Of a DNA stretch of 64,000 nt, positions 1 through 8,944 are shown in pieces. Under the pieces are notes generated by a model, which was given only the letters and a program-made list of their open reading frames with translations, did not search any database and was not told where the DNA came from. The stretch comes from Patescibacteria group bacterium. Lineage in GTDB: Bacteria; Patescibacteriota; Patescibacteriia; UBA9934; GWF2-40-263. The stretch is from assembly GCA_041661745.1 (NCBI GenBank), contig JBAZTR010000002.1, forward strand, positions 132,368-196,367. Direction: 5' to 3'. The first letter of the stretch is position 1. Each line of letters begins with the position of its first letter. Both the position numbers and the translations under genes were made by a program.

Positions 1-255
1 TTCATATTCCATTGGCGGCGGGTAACAAAATCTGTACGTACTATTTCCGTCTGGGTTACATGCCTTATTCGACGCCTTATCATTAGAGTCGGCGAATCGA
101 CCGTCCGGACCGTCTTTTCTGTCAGCATCATTCGTACAAATTTCCTCAGTCCAGCAACGCGGATCTGTCGTGGGATCAACAACAGCCTCGGCCGCCATAA
201 TCGGACCAGCCGGAAAGAGTAAAAACAAACTGATTAAAATTAACCAAACTTTCAT
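1..255 (-). CDS. Secreted Cys-containing protein (possibly CPR pilin-like), 5' part only, runs off the window
   Basis: Manual translation from ATG at 255: MKVWLILISLFLLFPAGPIMAAE...CWTEEIC...CNPDGNSTYRFCYPPPMEYE; signal-peptide-like N-terminus; no stop before the window edge. Confidence 0.55.
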   Translation of the reverse strand, partial: MKVWLILISLFLLFPAGPIMAAEAVVDPTTDPRCWTEEICTNDADRKDGPDGRFADSNDKASNKACNPDGNSTYRFCYPPPMEYE

Positions 256-261
256 AAAAAA

Positions 262-999
262 TTATTCAGTCATTTTTTCCATAACGCCGCGCAACAAATC
301 AGCCGGAACCGCCCCTTCGATCATTTGGTCACCTAAAAACATTGTTGGCGTGCCATAAACACCGGCCTGCAAGCCTTCAGCCAAATCGGCTTCAACCAAA
401 CTGGCTTTAACTCCGGAATTAAGACAAGAAATGAATTTCCCCATTTCTAAATCTAAGGCGCGGGCGTATTCGACAATGGCTGTTTGAGATAAATCGGATT
501 GATTTTGGTACAACTTATCAAACATTTCCCAAAACTTCCCTTGATCTTGAGCACATCCAGCGGCTTCGGCGGCCAAAATTGCTTCAGGATGAAGATCAGC
601 CAAAGGGAAATCTTTATAAACAAAATAAACTTTGTCACTAAACTGAGTGGTCAACGAACGCAGAGTAAACGCCAACTGTTGAGAATATGGACAGGCAAAA
701 TCACCAAACATGACAATTTTTAGAGCCGCCCCAGGATTACCAAAGGCCGGCTCTTCGGCTAAAGAAAAATTTGCAATTTTGTTGGAAGTTGACGCGGCAG
801 CCGCCGTTAACTCACTAACGGTCATGTCCCTGGCCTGCTCAATCCGATTTTCGGCGATTTGACCCGATTTAATCAAATCAAAATAGTAAAAGATACGCCA
901 AACAAATAAAGCCACGCCCAGTAAAACCACAAAAGTGACTATGGCCGGCCACCAATGGCGGTGTGGCGATAAACTTTTTTCCCCCTTAATTATTGGCAT
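262..999 (-). CDS. DsbA-family thioredoxin-fold protein with N-terminal membrane anchor
   Basis: FGDFACPYS (CxxS), YKDFPL, AAEAAGCAQDQGKFW and GVYGTPT motifs. Confidence 0.85.
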   Translation of the reverse strand: MPIIKGEKSLSPHRHWWPAIVTFVVLLGVALFVWRIFYYFDLIKSGQIAENRIEQARDMTVSELTAAAASTSNKIANFSLAEEPAFGNPGAALKIVMFGDFACPYSQQLAFTLRSLTTQFSDKVYFVYKDFPLADLHPEAILAAEAAGCAQDQGKFWEMFDKLYQNQSDLSQTAIVEYARALDLEMGKFISCLNSGVKASLVEADLAEGLQAGVYGTPTMFLGDQMIEGAVPADLLRGVMEKMTE

Positions 1000-1135
1000 A
1001 GAAATGAAAAAATTCCTTGATAAAAGTATAACAGAATCTTAGGATTAACAAAAGAAAAAAATATCGTCAATTGACATAAGCGGCCATCTCTGGTATCTTT
1101 AAACTTGTTGTTTTGCTAGTTATCCCTCTGTAATT

Positions 1136-1354
1136 ATGATCGAGAACATCTTAAATATCTCCCAAGCCGTATTAGCCGTAATTCTTGTTGTTTGTATTCT
1201 TCTGCAAGCCCGCGGCACTGGTTTGGGCGCAGCCTTTGGTGGCGACAGCAATGTTTATCGTACCAAACGCGGCATTGAAAAACGACTTTTCCAAGCCACT
1301 ATTGTCGTGGCAATTCTCTTCTTTGGTGTCTCTTTGGCCAACGTGGTTTTCTAA
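1136..1354 (+). CDS. secG: Preprotein translocase subunit SecG
   Basis: Two TM helices with ILLQ-ARGTGLGAAFGG and RG.EK.L motifs. Confidence 0.93.
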   Translation: MIENILNISQAVLAVILVVCILLQARGTGLGAAFGGDSNVYRTKRGIEKRLFQATIVVAILFFGVSLANVVF

Positions 1355-1373
1355 AACAAGAGACAAATTTTTT

Positions 1374-3239
1374 GTGCCATTAGGCATACTCTTAAAATCC
1401 GGTTTTAAAAATCTATTCAGACGCTTAAAGGGCGCTTGGTCTGATTTACGTTCCCCAAAAAACCAAACCGGCAATTTGACCAAAAAACAAATCCTGCAAC
1501 TCTCAACCAACCATCGTTTTCCAACCTTGGCTCAATGGAAACATTTGCCTTCAGTCCTTTCTGAGACGGAAAAGAAAACCCTGCAAGTTGTTTTGGCTGT
1601 GGGAGCAGTCTCTTTCATTACCTTGGGTAGTTGGTGGTTGGTTACTCATCGGGCCGAGGTTCCGATGGTTGGTGGTTCGTATACCGAGGGTTTGGTTGGC
1701 TCCCCACAATTTATCAATCCCCTTTATTCCTCAACCAGTGATGTTGATTCTGATTTGGTCAGCTTAATCTATTCCGGACTTTTTAAATGGACTCAGGCCG
1801 ACGGCCTGCAACCCGATCTGGCCGAATCCTTTACGGTTTCCGAAGACCAGAAAACTTATACTATTAAATTGCGCGGCAACGCCGTCTGGCATAACGGCGA
1901 CCCGGTTCGTTCCAGTGACGTCTTATTCACTATTCAAAGCATTCAGGATCCGGCTTATCACAGTCCTTTGGCTATAAGTTTTCGCGGCGTAACCGTTTCA
2001 GAAGTTGATGAGTTGACTGTTCAGTTTGTTTTAAGTGAACCGTTTGCCCCGTTTCTTTCTTCCTTAATTGTCGGTATTTTACCATCGGCTATTTGGGCGG
2101 AATTGCCAGCCAAAAATGTTCCTTTAACCTCATTCAATCTTTCCCCTATTGGTAGCGGCCCGTACAAATTCGAAAAATATGCCGTGGAAAAAAGTGGTGA
2201 AATAAAATCATATTCACTAGTTCGTAACCCGGCCTACTACGGTGAGCCAGCTAAAATCGAACATTTAATTTTTAAATTTTATAACGATGCCACCAGCGCG
2301 GTGGCCGCTTTGCAAAACCAAAATGTCGAAGGGGTCGGTTTTGTGCCTAGTTACTTAGTTGAGGAAATAGCTGAAGACAAATCAGTTAATCTGTTTTACC
2401 CCAGCATGCCACAGGCCGTAACCCTCTTCTTTAATTCCGACACACAACCGCTTCTTGACGACGAAGACATTAGGCAAGCTTTGTCTTTAATTATCGACAA
2501 AGATCAAATCATTAACGAGGCCCTGGGCGGCAAAGGAACAAAGATCAATTCACCAATCCTGCCCGGCACCCTCGGTTACGACGAAACAATTGGCCAAACG
2601 GCCATTGATTCGGCCCAGGCCCTTGCTTTATTGGATAAGACCGATTATACTCAAACCTCTTCGGAAGGCTATCGAGCCAAAACCGTCAAAAAAACCGAAA
2701 ACGGAACAACTGTCGAAGCCCTCGAAGAGTTGACTTTAACTTTAACCGTTATTAATCAACCGACCTTTATTAAGGTGGCCGATCTGATTACGGCTCAGGC
2801 TAAAAGTGTTGGTATTAAAATCCAAACCGAAACCGTTGAACCAACCTCGCTTTATAATGAAGTTATCAAACCGCGAGCTTATCAAATTCTTTTAACAGCC
2901 ACACAATACGGTTTGGATTCTGATCCATATCCGTTCTGGCATAGTTCGCAAATTAAAGATCCCGGTCTAAACCTTTCACTTTACAGCAACCGAACGGTTG
3001 ATGAATTGTTAGAAAAAGCTCGGGCTACCAATAATTCTGAAGAACGGGCCACAGCTTATAAAGATTTTCAAACACAAATCGTTAAAGATTTACCAGCTAT
3101 TTTCTTGTATCAACCAGCCTACACCTACGCCGTCGGTTCGAAAATAAAAAATGTTTCTCTTCAAAAAATTCAGTCACCGGCCGATCGTTTCCAAGACATT
3201 ACCGGTTGGTATATCAAAACAAAAAATGTCATCAAATAA
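1374..3239 (+). CDS. Peptide ABC transporter substrate-binding protein (family 5)
   Basis: EGLVGSPQFINP, PDLAES, WHNG.P....DV.FT, PIGSGPYKF; start moved to GTG 1374 to avoid overlapping secG. Confidence 0.85.
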   Translation: MPLGILLKSGFKNLFRRLKGAWSDLRSPKNQTGNLTKKQILQLSTNHRFPTLAQWKHLPSVLSETEKKTLQVVLAVGAVSFITLGSWWLVTHRAEVPMVGGSYTEGLVGSPQFINPLYSSTSDVDSDLVSLIYSGLFKWTQADGLQPDLAESFTVSEDQKTYTIKLRGNAVWHNGDPVRSSDVLFTIQSIQDPAYHSPLAISFRGVTVSEVDELTVQFVLSEPFAPFLSSLIVGILPSAIWAELPAKNVPLTSFNLSPIGSGPYKFEKYAVEKSGEIKSYSLVRNPAYYGEPAKIEHLIFKFYNDATSAVAALQNQNVEGVGFVPSYLVEEIAEDKSVNLFYPSMPQAVTLFFNSDTQPLLDDEDIRQALSLIIDKDQIINEALGGKGTKINSPILPGTLGYDETIGQTAIDSAQALALLDKTDYTQTSSEGYRAKTVKKTENGTTVEALEELTLTLTVINQPTFIKVADLITAQAKSVGIKIQTETVEPTSLYNEVIKPRAYQILLTATQYGLDSDPYPFWHSSQIKDPGLNLSLYSNRTVDELLEKARATNNSEERATAYKDFQTQIVKDLPAIFLYQPAYTYAVGSKIKNVSLQKIQSPADRFQDITGWYIKTKNVIK

Positions 3240-3240
3240 T

Positions 3241-3327
3241 GGGCGAGTGGCGGAATTGGTATACGCGTAGGTCTCAGAAGCCTATGTCTGCAAAGACTTG
3301 AGAGTTCGAGTCTCTCCTCGCCCACCA
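3241..3327 (+). tRNA. tRNA-Leu(CAG)
   Basis: GGGCGAG acceptor stem, anticodon loop CTCAGAA, long variable arm, GTTCGAG T-loop, CCA. Confidence 0.95.
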
Positions 3328-3421
3328 AGCTTAGCTTGGCCCACCATTGAGAGTTTCCCGCCTTTGGCGGGACCCCGCCGAGGCCACCGAAGGCGGGGCG
3401 AGTCTCTCCTCGCCCACCAAG
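3328..3421 (+). repeat. Duplicated tRNA-Leu 3' end interrupted by a CCCGCC/GGCGGG palindromic element
   Basis: TGAGAGTT|TCCCGCCTTTGGCGGGACCCCGCC...GGCGGGG|CGAGTCTCTCCTCGCCCACCAAG. Confidence 0.85.
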
Positions 3422-3550
3422 TAGTTTTCCTTCTTATTTGTCTTCCCCTAAAAGCTTTGGGAGAAAACAAATAACGAGGAGAAATCCCCGTCTCTTCCCT
3501 TAATTAAATAATCGTTTTGCTGTTTTTACGTATTAAAAACAAAAATATTT

Positions 3551-5419
3551 ATGGTAGAAAAAATTCAACCTAAACAAGCCCATCGTGGCGGCCAACGTCG
3601 CCATCACCGGGCCGGTTTTCAAAAAACCAAACCGCTCGCCGTTAAAACACCAGAGGTCCCAAAGCCATTGGATAGTTTTAATCGCTTTCGCGGAAAAATT
3701 TTCCGTCGTCAAGACGCCAAACCGCTTCCTTCTAATCAACCGTCGTCACCCGGTGACACCCTGCGGGTGGTTATTATCGGCGGCTGCGAAGAAGTTGGCC
3801 GCAACATGACTGTATTCGAATACGGTAACGATATTGTCATCCTCGACATGGGTATTCAATTCCCCGAGGAGGACATGCCCGGCATTGATTACATTATTCC
3901 GAATATTAGTTACCTGCGCGGCAAAGAAAAAAATATTCGCGCCGTAATTTTTAGCCACGGCCACTTGGACCACATTGGCGCGGCCCCAATTCTTTTAGAA
4001 AAATTGGGTTATCCGCCAATTGTTGGTCGCAGCCTGACCTTGGCCATGATCAAAAAACGCTTGGAAGACCACGAACCAGGCTCAGCCAAAAAATTAAAAA
4101 CCATTCTAATTAAAAATATTAGCGATCGTTTTACTTTTGGTAAATTCAAAGTTGGTTTCTTTGATATCGAGCATTCCATTATGGACGCCGTTGGCGTTAT
4201 TTTGGGCACCCCGGCCGGCAACGTTCTTCACCCCGGTGACTGGACCATGGGTAAGGATGTGGAAAAGAATCAAGTTATTTCTTATCGTCACTTAACCAAA
4301 ATCCCCAGCCCGCGCATTTTAATGCTCGAAAGTTTGGGAGCCATTGATTTTCGAACCGAAACCGTCTCTGACAAAGAAATGTACGAAAATCTACAACTGT
4401 TAATTGATAAGGCCCCGGGCCGAGTGATTATCGGAACTTTCTCTTCGCAGATTAAACGCATTGGTAAACTAATCGAGTACGCCGAAAAAATCGGCAAAAA
4501 AGTTGCTCTCGATGGTTTTAGTATGAAGATGAACGTGGAAATCGCTCAGTCACTTGGTTACATTAAAGTTGCCCGAAACACCCTTATTCCCATCAATGAG
4601 GTTAATAGCCACCCTGATGAAAAAATCGTGATTATTTGTACCGGCGCCCAAGGCGAAGGCAACGCCGTGTTGTCGCGCATCATCAGTGATAACCATCGCT
4701 TCGTTAAAATTAAAAAGAAGGACACTGTCATCTTCTCTTCCTCGGTTATTCCTGGTAACGAACGCACTGTGCAGCGTCTAAAAGACAATCTGTATCGCAA
4801 ATGTGACAACGTTATTCACACCAGTATCATGGATGTGCACGTCAGCGGTCACTCCAACGCCGAAAACATCAAAGAAATGATTCGCCAAACTAAACCCGAC
4901 TTCTTTATTCCGGTTTATGGCAACCACTTCTTCTTAAAGGAGGCCGCCAAACGGGCCGTGGAAATCGGTTTCCCCAAAGAACGAATTATTGTGCCGGACA
5001 ACGGCTCGGTTATTGAATTCAAAAACCGCCAAGCCAAAATATCCGACCAAAAAGTTGATACCAGTTATATCTTTGTCGACGGTTTGGGCATCGGCGATGT
5101 CTCGCAAATCGTTTTGCGTGACCGCCAGGTTTTGTCCGAAGACGGTATGATTGTCGTCATCGTCCAAATCGATCGCAAAACCGGTAAACTGGTCGGCTCG
5201 CCCGACATTATCAGTCGCGGCTTTATCTTCATGAAAGAACATAAAGATTTAATCGAAGCGACTCGTCAAAAAGTCCGCGACATTGCCGCTGATAAGGATC
5301 CAAAAACCGAAGCCGACTCGGATGACATCAAAAACAACATCCGAAACGGCTTAGGCCAGTTCTTGTTCCAAAAAACCGAACGCCGGCCAATGATTCTGCC
5401 GGTTGTAATCGAAGTTTAA
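3551..5419 (+). CDS. rnj: Ribonuclease J
   Basis: GG.EEVGRNM, SHGHLDHIG, HVSGH and C-terminal RRPMILPVVIEV. Confidence 0.95.
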   Translation: MVEKIQPKQAHRGGQRRHHRAGFQKTKPLAVKTPEVPKPLDSFNRFRGKIFRRQDAKPLPSNQPSSPGDTLRVVIIGGCEEVGRNMTVFEYGNDIVILDMGIQFPEEDMPGIDYIIPNISYLRGKEKNIRAVIFSHGHLDHIGAAPILLEKLGYPPIVGRSLTLAMIKKRLEDHEPGSAKKLKTILIKNISDRFTFGKFKVGFFDIEHSIMDAVGVILGTPAGNVLHPGDWTMGKDVEKNQVISYRHLTKIPSPRILMLESLGAIDFRTETVSDKEMYENLQLLIDKAPGRVIIGTFSSQIKRIGKLIEYAEKIGKKVALDGFSMKMNVEIAQSLGYIKVARNTLIPINEVNSHPDEKIVIICTGAQGEGNAVLSRIISDNHRFVKIKKKDTVIFSSSVIPGNERTVQRLKDNLYRKCDNVIHTSIMDVHVSGHSNAENIKEMIRQTKPDFFIPVYGNHFFLKEAAKRAVEIGFPKERIIVPDNGSVIEFKNRQAKISDQKVDTSYIFVDGLGIGDVSQIVLRDRQVLSEDGMIVVIVQIDRKTGKLVGSPDIISRGFIFMKEHKDLIEATRQKVRDIAADKDPKTEADSDDIKNNIRNGLGQFLFQKTERRPMILPVVIEV

Positions 5420-5421
5420 TA

Positions 5422-5457
5422 GAAACCCCTGGGGTAAACCCGGGGGTTTTGATTTTT
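5422..5457 (+). terminator. Intrinsic terminator after rnj
   Basis: AAACCCCTGGG-GTAAA-CCCGGGGGTTTT hairpin with T-rich tail. Confidence 0.75.
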
Positions 5458-5469
5458 CCCCAACGGCCC

Positions 5470-5507
5470 TTGACAACAAAATGGCTATATACTACTATAC
5501 TAGTATA
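5470..5507 (+). promoter_or_regulatory. Sigma70 promoter with overlapping TrpR-type operator
   Basis: TTGACA (5470)-17 bp-TACTAT (5493); palindrome TATACTACTATACTAGTATA (5488-5507) resembles the E. coli trp operator GTACTAGTTAACTAGTAC. Confidence 0.75.
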
Positions 5508-5512
5508 ACAAT

Positions 5513-5794
5513 ATGGAAAAAAAATCTGCTTGGCGTCGGGAATTAGAAAAGACTCTAAGTCTGGCGGCCCGCGACCCAAAAACTCTCAACCTTTTCTTAG
5601 ACGATTTACTCTCCCCCGAGGAATTACTGGCCTTGCCAGTGCGTTGGCAAGTTATCAAACGTCTCAATCAAGGCCTGCCTCAACACCAAATCGCCAAAAA
5701 ACTGGGAATTGGCGTAGCCACCGTAACGCGCGGGGCTAAAATGTTAAAAAATCAACAGGGTGGTTTTCGAAAAATTCTCAATACCCTCAAATAA
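5513..5794 (+). CDS. trpR: Trp operon repressor
   Basis: LLSPEE..AL..R and HTH LGIGVATVTRG match TrpR, including the Arg54/Arg84 equivalents. Confidence 0.85.
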   Translation: MEKKSAWRRELEKTLSLAARDPKTLNLFLDDLLSPEELLALPVRWQVIKRLNQGLPQHQIAKKLGIGVATVTRGAKMLKNQQGGFRKILNTLK

Positions 5795-5800
5795 TTTATT

Positions 5801-5854
5801 ATGTCGTTTCGCATAAAAGACAACCTAATTTGGTGGCGAACTTGTCAAAGGTAA
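5801..5854 (+). CDS. trpL: Trp leader peptide MSFRIKDNLIWWRTCQR
   Basis: 17-aa ORF with tandem TGG TGG and WWRT as in E. coli TrpL; directly after trpR and upstream of a terminator. Confidence 0.8.
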   Translation: MSFRIKDNLIWWRTCQR

Positions 5855-5922
5855 GGCAAGATTCGTTTTGATTTTTCGAATATTTAACGAAACATCCCGG
5901 ATCTGGCCGGGATGTTTTTTTA
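5836..5922 (+). promoter_or_regulatory. Transcription attenuator (pause, antiterminator and terminator hairpins)
   Basis: CGAACTTGTC/GGCAAGATTCG; TTCGTT/AACGAA; AAACATCCCGG-ATCTGG-CCGGGATGTTTTTTTT. Confidence 0.75.
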
Positions 5923-5996
5923 TTCGAAAGGGGTCAACGAATTGTTCGTTTGTCCTGACGGACAAAAAACCGTCACTTCACCTCAAGAGGTCTGTC

Positions 5997-6620
5997 ATGC
6001 TCGCGACTCCCTTCGCTCCTTCTGCCGTTTCTGCCAACGGATTCAAAATCGTTGTCAGAATCCCCGACCCGGAACAGGCAACCTTGGCCGCTTCGGAAGG
6101 CTTCGGCAAACCAATCGACCCGGCTCTAGAAAAAGACGTGACCGAACATCTGGCCGCCTGCCATTTCGGTCTGTCTTTCTTTAGCTCCGAGGACGAATTC
6201 GCCGGCTTTGCTCTCTACCGAAGACTCGGCAATATTCTCTGCGGTGGTGGCATGGTTCTGCGAACAGCTTTCCAAGCTCATGGGCTTGGACAAATTGCCA
6301 TCCAAACCGCGCGGGTCGTAAGCCAAACCGAATACCTGGCCTTCCGAACTCAATCGTTGCGTATGTGGACGGCTGGGAAAAAGGCTGTCTCGATCTGGCG
6401 ACCAAATCCCTCAGGCACGGACGATCCGGCGTTGGCTGAAGCAATCGAAAGAGCGGCGATCTTTCTTAAGGTCAATCAGACCGTGACCTCAGGATTCTAC
6501 GGCGGCCCGCTTTACGGGAAAAAGCCGCTCTACACCAAAGACGCGGCGCGTCAGGCCTGGTGGGACTCCATTTGCTCTTTCGAACGTGGCGACGCTATTC
6601 TTTGCGTCGGACGCTTTTAA
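5997..6620 (+). CDS. GNAT-fold-like acyltransferase (putative)
   Basis: Acetyl-CoA-binding-like FQAHGLG motif after beta strands; SD AAGAGG before ATG 5997. Confidence 0.5.
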   Translation: MLATPFAPSAVSANGFKIVVRIPDPEQATLAASEGFGKPIDPALEKDVTEHLAACHFGLSFFSSEDEFAGFALYRRLGNILCGGGMVLRTAFQAHGLGQIAIQTARVVSQTEYLAFRTQSLRMWTAGKKAVSIWRPNPSGTDDPALAEAIERAAIFLKVNQTVTSGFYGGPLYGKKPLYTKDAARQAWWDSICSFERGDAILCVGRF

Positions 6621-6626
6621 CTTCAA

Positions 6627-6667
6627 TGGCCGGCGGTGCTAAACCGCCGCCGGCCGAACCTTTTTTT
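6627..6667 (+). terminator. Intrinsic terminator
   Basis: GGCCGGCGG...CCGCCGGCC hairpin followed by a T7 tract. Confidence 0.6.
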
Positions 6668-7399
6668 ATGAAAATCATCATTAACCGAAAAATAACAAAA
6701 CCTTTTGTTTCCGTGGTGTGTTGTTTGCATGGCAATGAAAAATTCGGCTTGCGAATTTTTAACGCCCTCAAAAAACAGATCAATCGCTATCCCGGTCTGC
6801 AACTTATTGTTGCGAACGAAGAAGCAATAAAAATTAATAAACGCTTTGTCGATCAAGACCTAAATCGCTCGTTTCCTGGACGACCACAGGGAAACCACGA
6901 GACAAAATTGGCTTACAAAATTCTTAAAAAAGTTTTTCAAAGCGATTATGTTTTGGATATTCACACCACGGTTTCCGCGGCTGGTTTTTTAACGCCGATT
7001 TTTGCCAAACAAAATAAAAACACTCAGAGAATAATCAACTTACTGCCCGAAGAAAAAATAGTCATGGTTCGACAACCGCTGGCTAATCTTTCTCTTATCG
7101 GTAATGTCAAAAACGGGGTTTCTTTAGAATTTGGTAAAAAAGAAGCTAAGGGAAAACCAGCAGTTAAAACAGTTATGGAATTAATTGAAAATTTATATGC
7201 CGGACAAACAAACCGACCGCGACAACGACAGATTTTTTGTGTAAATGGAGTAATTCCAAAAGAAACAAAACTTCCAACCAAAGCTAAAAATTTTCAGTTA
7301 GTTAAAAAATATAAATTTTATCCAGTTTTGTTAAAAGACGCTTCTTATATTGGTAATCAGGGTTTAAAGGCTAATAAAAAAATCCAAAAGTTGATATAA
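6668..7399 (+). CDS. Succinylglutamate desuccinylase/aspartoacylase family protein
   Basis: HGNE, DLNRSFPG, DIHTT and SLEFG Zn-carboxypeptidase-like motifs. Confidence 0.85.
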   Translation: MKIIINRKITKPFVSVVCCLHGNEKFGLRIFNALKKQINRYPGLQLIVANEEAIKINKRFVDQDLNRSFPGRPQGNHETKLAYKILKKVFQSDYVLDIHTTVSAAGFLTPIFAKQNKNTQRIINLLPEEKIVMVRQPLANLSLIGNVKNGVSLEFGKKEAKGKPAVKTVMELIENLYAGQTNRPRQRQIFCVNGVIPKETKLPTKAKNFQLVKKYKFYPVLLKDASYIGNQGLKANKKIQKLI

Positions 7400-7429
7400 A
7401 ATACAAAAAACTGCTAAACTGATTACGTT

Positions 7430-8422
7430 ATGTCTAAATTTCTAACTGCCATCCAGCCGAGCGGCCTTCTGCACCTCGGTAACTATATCGGGGCCATTGA
7501 ACCGGCCGTGGAATCGCAACGCGGCAACGAGCTGCGAATGTTTGTTGTTGATTACCACGCCATCACTGTGCCGCAAAAGCCGGAGGAACTGCGTAAAAAT
7601 ATTCTCCTTGCCACCGCCACTTATCTGGCCTGCGGTATTGATCCAAAAAAGACCATACTCTTTCAGCAATCGCGCGTGCCCCAACACGCCGAGCTGGCTT
7701 GGATTTTAAACTGCACGGCACGCATGGGCGAGCTGGAACGCATGACTCAATACAAAGACAAGGCCCGAACCCGCGGCGAAACCACCACCGTCGGTCTTTT
7801 CGACTACCCGGTGCTCATGGCCGCTGATATTCTTCTTTACGACACGGCCATTGTTCCGGTTGGCGAAGATCAAAAGCAACATGTGGAGCTGGCTCGCGAT
7901 TTAGCCATTCGTTTTAATCGCGATTTCGGCGAAACTTTTGTTGTTCCGCAGCCGAAAATCCGCGAAGTTGGGGCGCGTATTATGGGCCTTGATGATCCGA
8001 CCAAAAAAATGTCGAAATCGGCTTCCAATCCAAAAAATTACATCTCGCTAATGGACGACACTGAGACTGTCCGAAAAAAAATCATGAGCGCAGCCACCGA
8101 TTCCGAGGGACTTGTTGCTTTTGACGAAAAACGTCCGGGAATAGCCAACCTTATGACGATCTATACAGCTGTAGCCAAAAAAGACAATGAAAACATGGAA
8201 CGGCTCGAGGCTGAATACGACGGTAAAGGCTACGGCGAATTCAAAAAAGATTTGGCCGAAAAAATAAATGAATTCCTCGTGCCACTGCAGGCCAAAATTA
8301 GAACTAATCTGAAAAACGAAAAGGCCTTAATCAAAATTTTGGAAGCCGGCTCAAAACGCGCGGCCAAAGAAGCCGAGAAAAAAATGGAGTTGGTGCGGAA
8401 AAGGATTGGAATAAAATTATAA
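7430..8422 (+). CDS. trpS: Tryptophanyl-tRNA synthetase
   Basis: IQPSG.LHLGNY, YPVLMAADIL, VPVGEDQKQH, KMSKS. Confidence 0.97.
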   Translation: MSKFLTAIQPSGLLHLGNYIGAIEPAVESQRGNELRMFVVDYHAITVPQKPEELRKNILLATATYLACGIDPKKTILFQQSRVPQHAELAWILNCTARMGELERMTQYKDKARTRGETTTVGLFDYPVLMAADILLYDTAIVPVGEDQKQHVELARDLAIRFNRDFGETFVVPQPKIREVGARIMGLDDPTKKMSKSASNPKNYISLMDDTETVRKKIMSAATDSEGLVAFDEKRPGIANLMTIYTAVAKKDNENMERLEAEYDGKGYGEFKKDLAEKINEFLVPLQAKIRTNLKNEKALIKILEAGSKRAAKEAEKKMELVRKRIGIKL

Positions 8423-8463
8423 AAAAGATATACAAAAAATCGTCCTTGCGGACGTTTTTTTGA

Positions 8464-8870
8464 CACAGAACCATCTGTAAGCCGAATTTTGTCTGCCCGA
8501 TCTTACGACCGAGGAGGCAATCATTTATCTAGATTAGACATTGCTGCCTAATTCATCAGCGAGCTACCAGTAAAACTTGCTCTTGTACCAGAAGGGGTTT
8601 TCCACGCGTCCATGTTGCCATGGAGCGAAAGGCGTTCGACGCCTTACTTTTCACCTTTCATCCCGCCAGAGGCGGGACTAGTATTGTCTCTGTGGCACTA
8701 ATCCCTAAGCTTTTGAACTTGAACAACAGAGATCTCTCAAGGTCGTCCAGATTCATTATGCTTGGTCGCCGTTAGCGACTTTCCTTTTCATCAGCCGTTG
8801 CCGACTGAAGGGTATTCGGACTTTCCTCAACTCACCTTTCGGCAAATCGCGATTGCCCGATGGTCTGTGC
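8464..8870 (-). ncRNA. rnpB: RNase P RNA
   Basis: Minus strand has GAGGAAAGTCCG, AGTGCCACAGA and AAAATTCGGCTTAC conserved blocks; complementary ends; TTGACA promoter upstream. Confidence 0.92.
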
Positions 8871-8944
8871 CCGAAGAAGATATCATAAAAAGGCGTTATT
8901 GTCAATGAAGCAAAAAAAGATTAAAATGGAGCTACTTCATTTTT

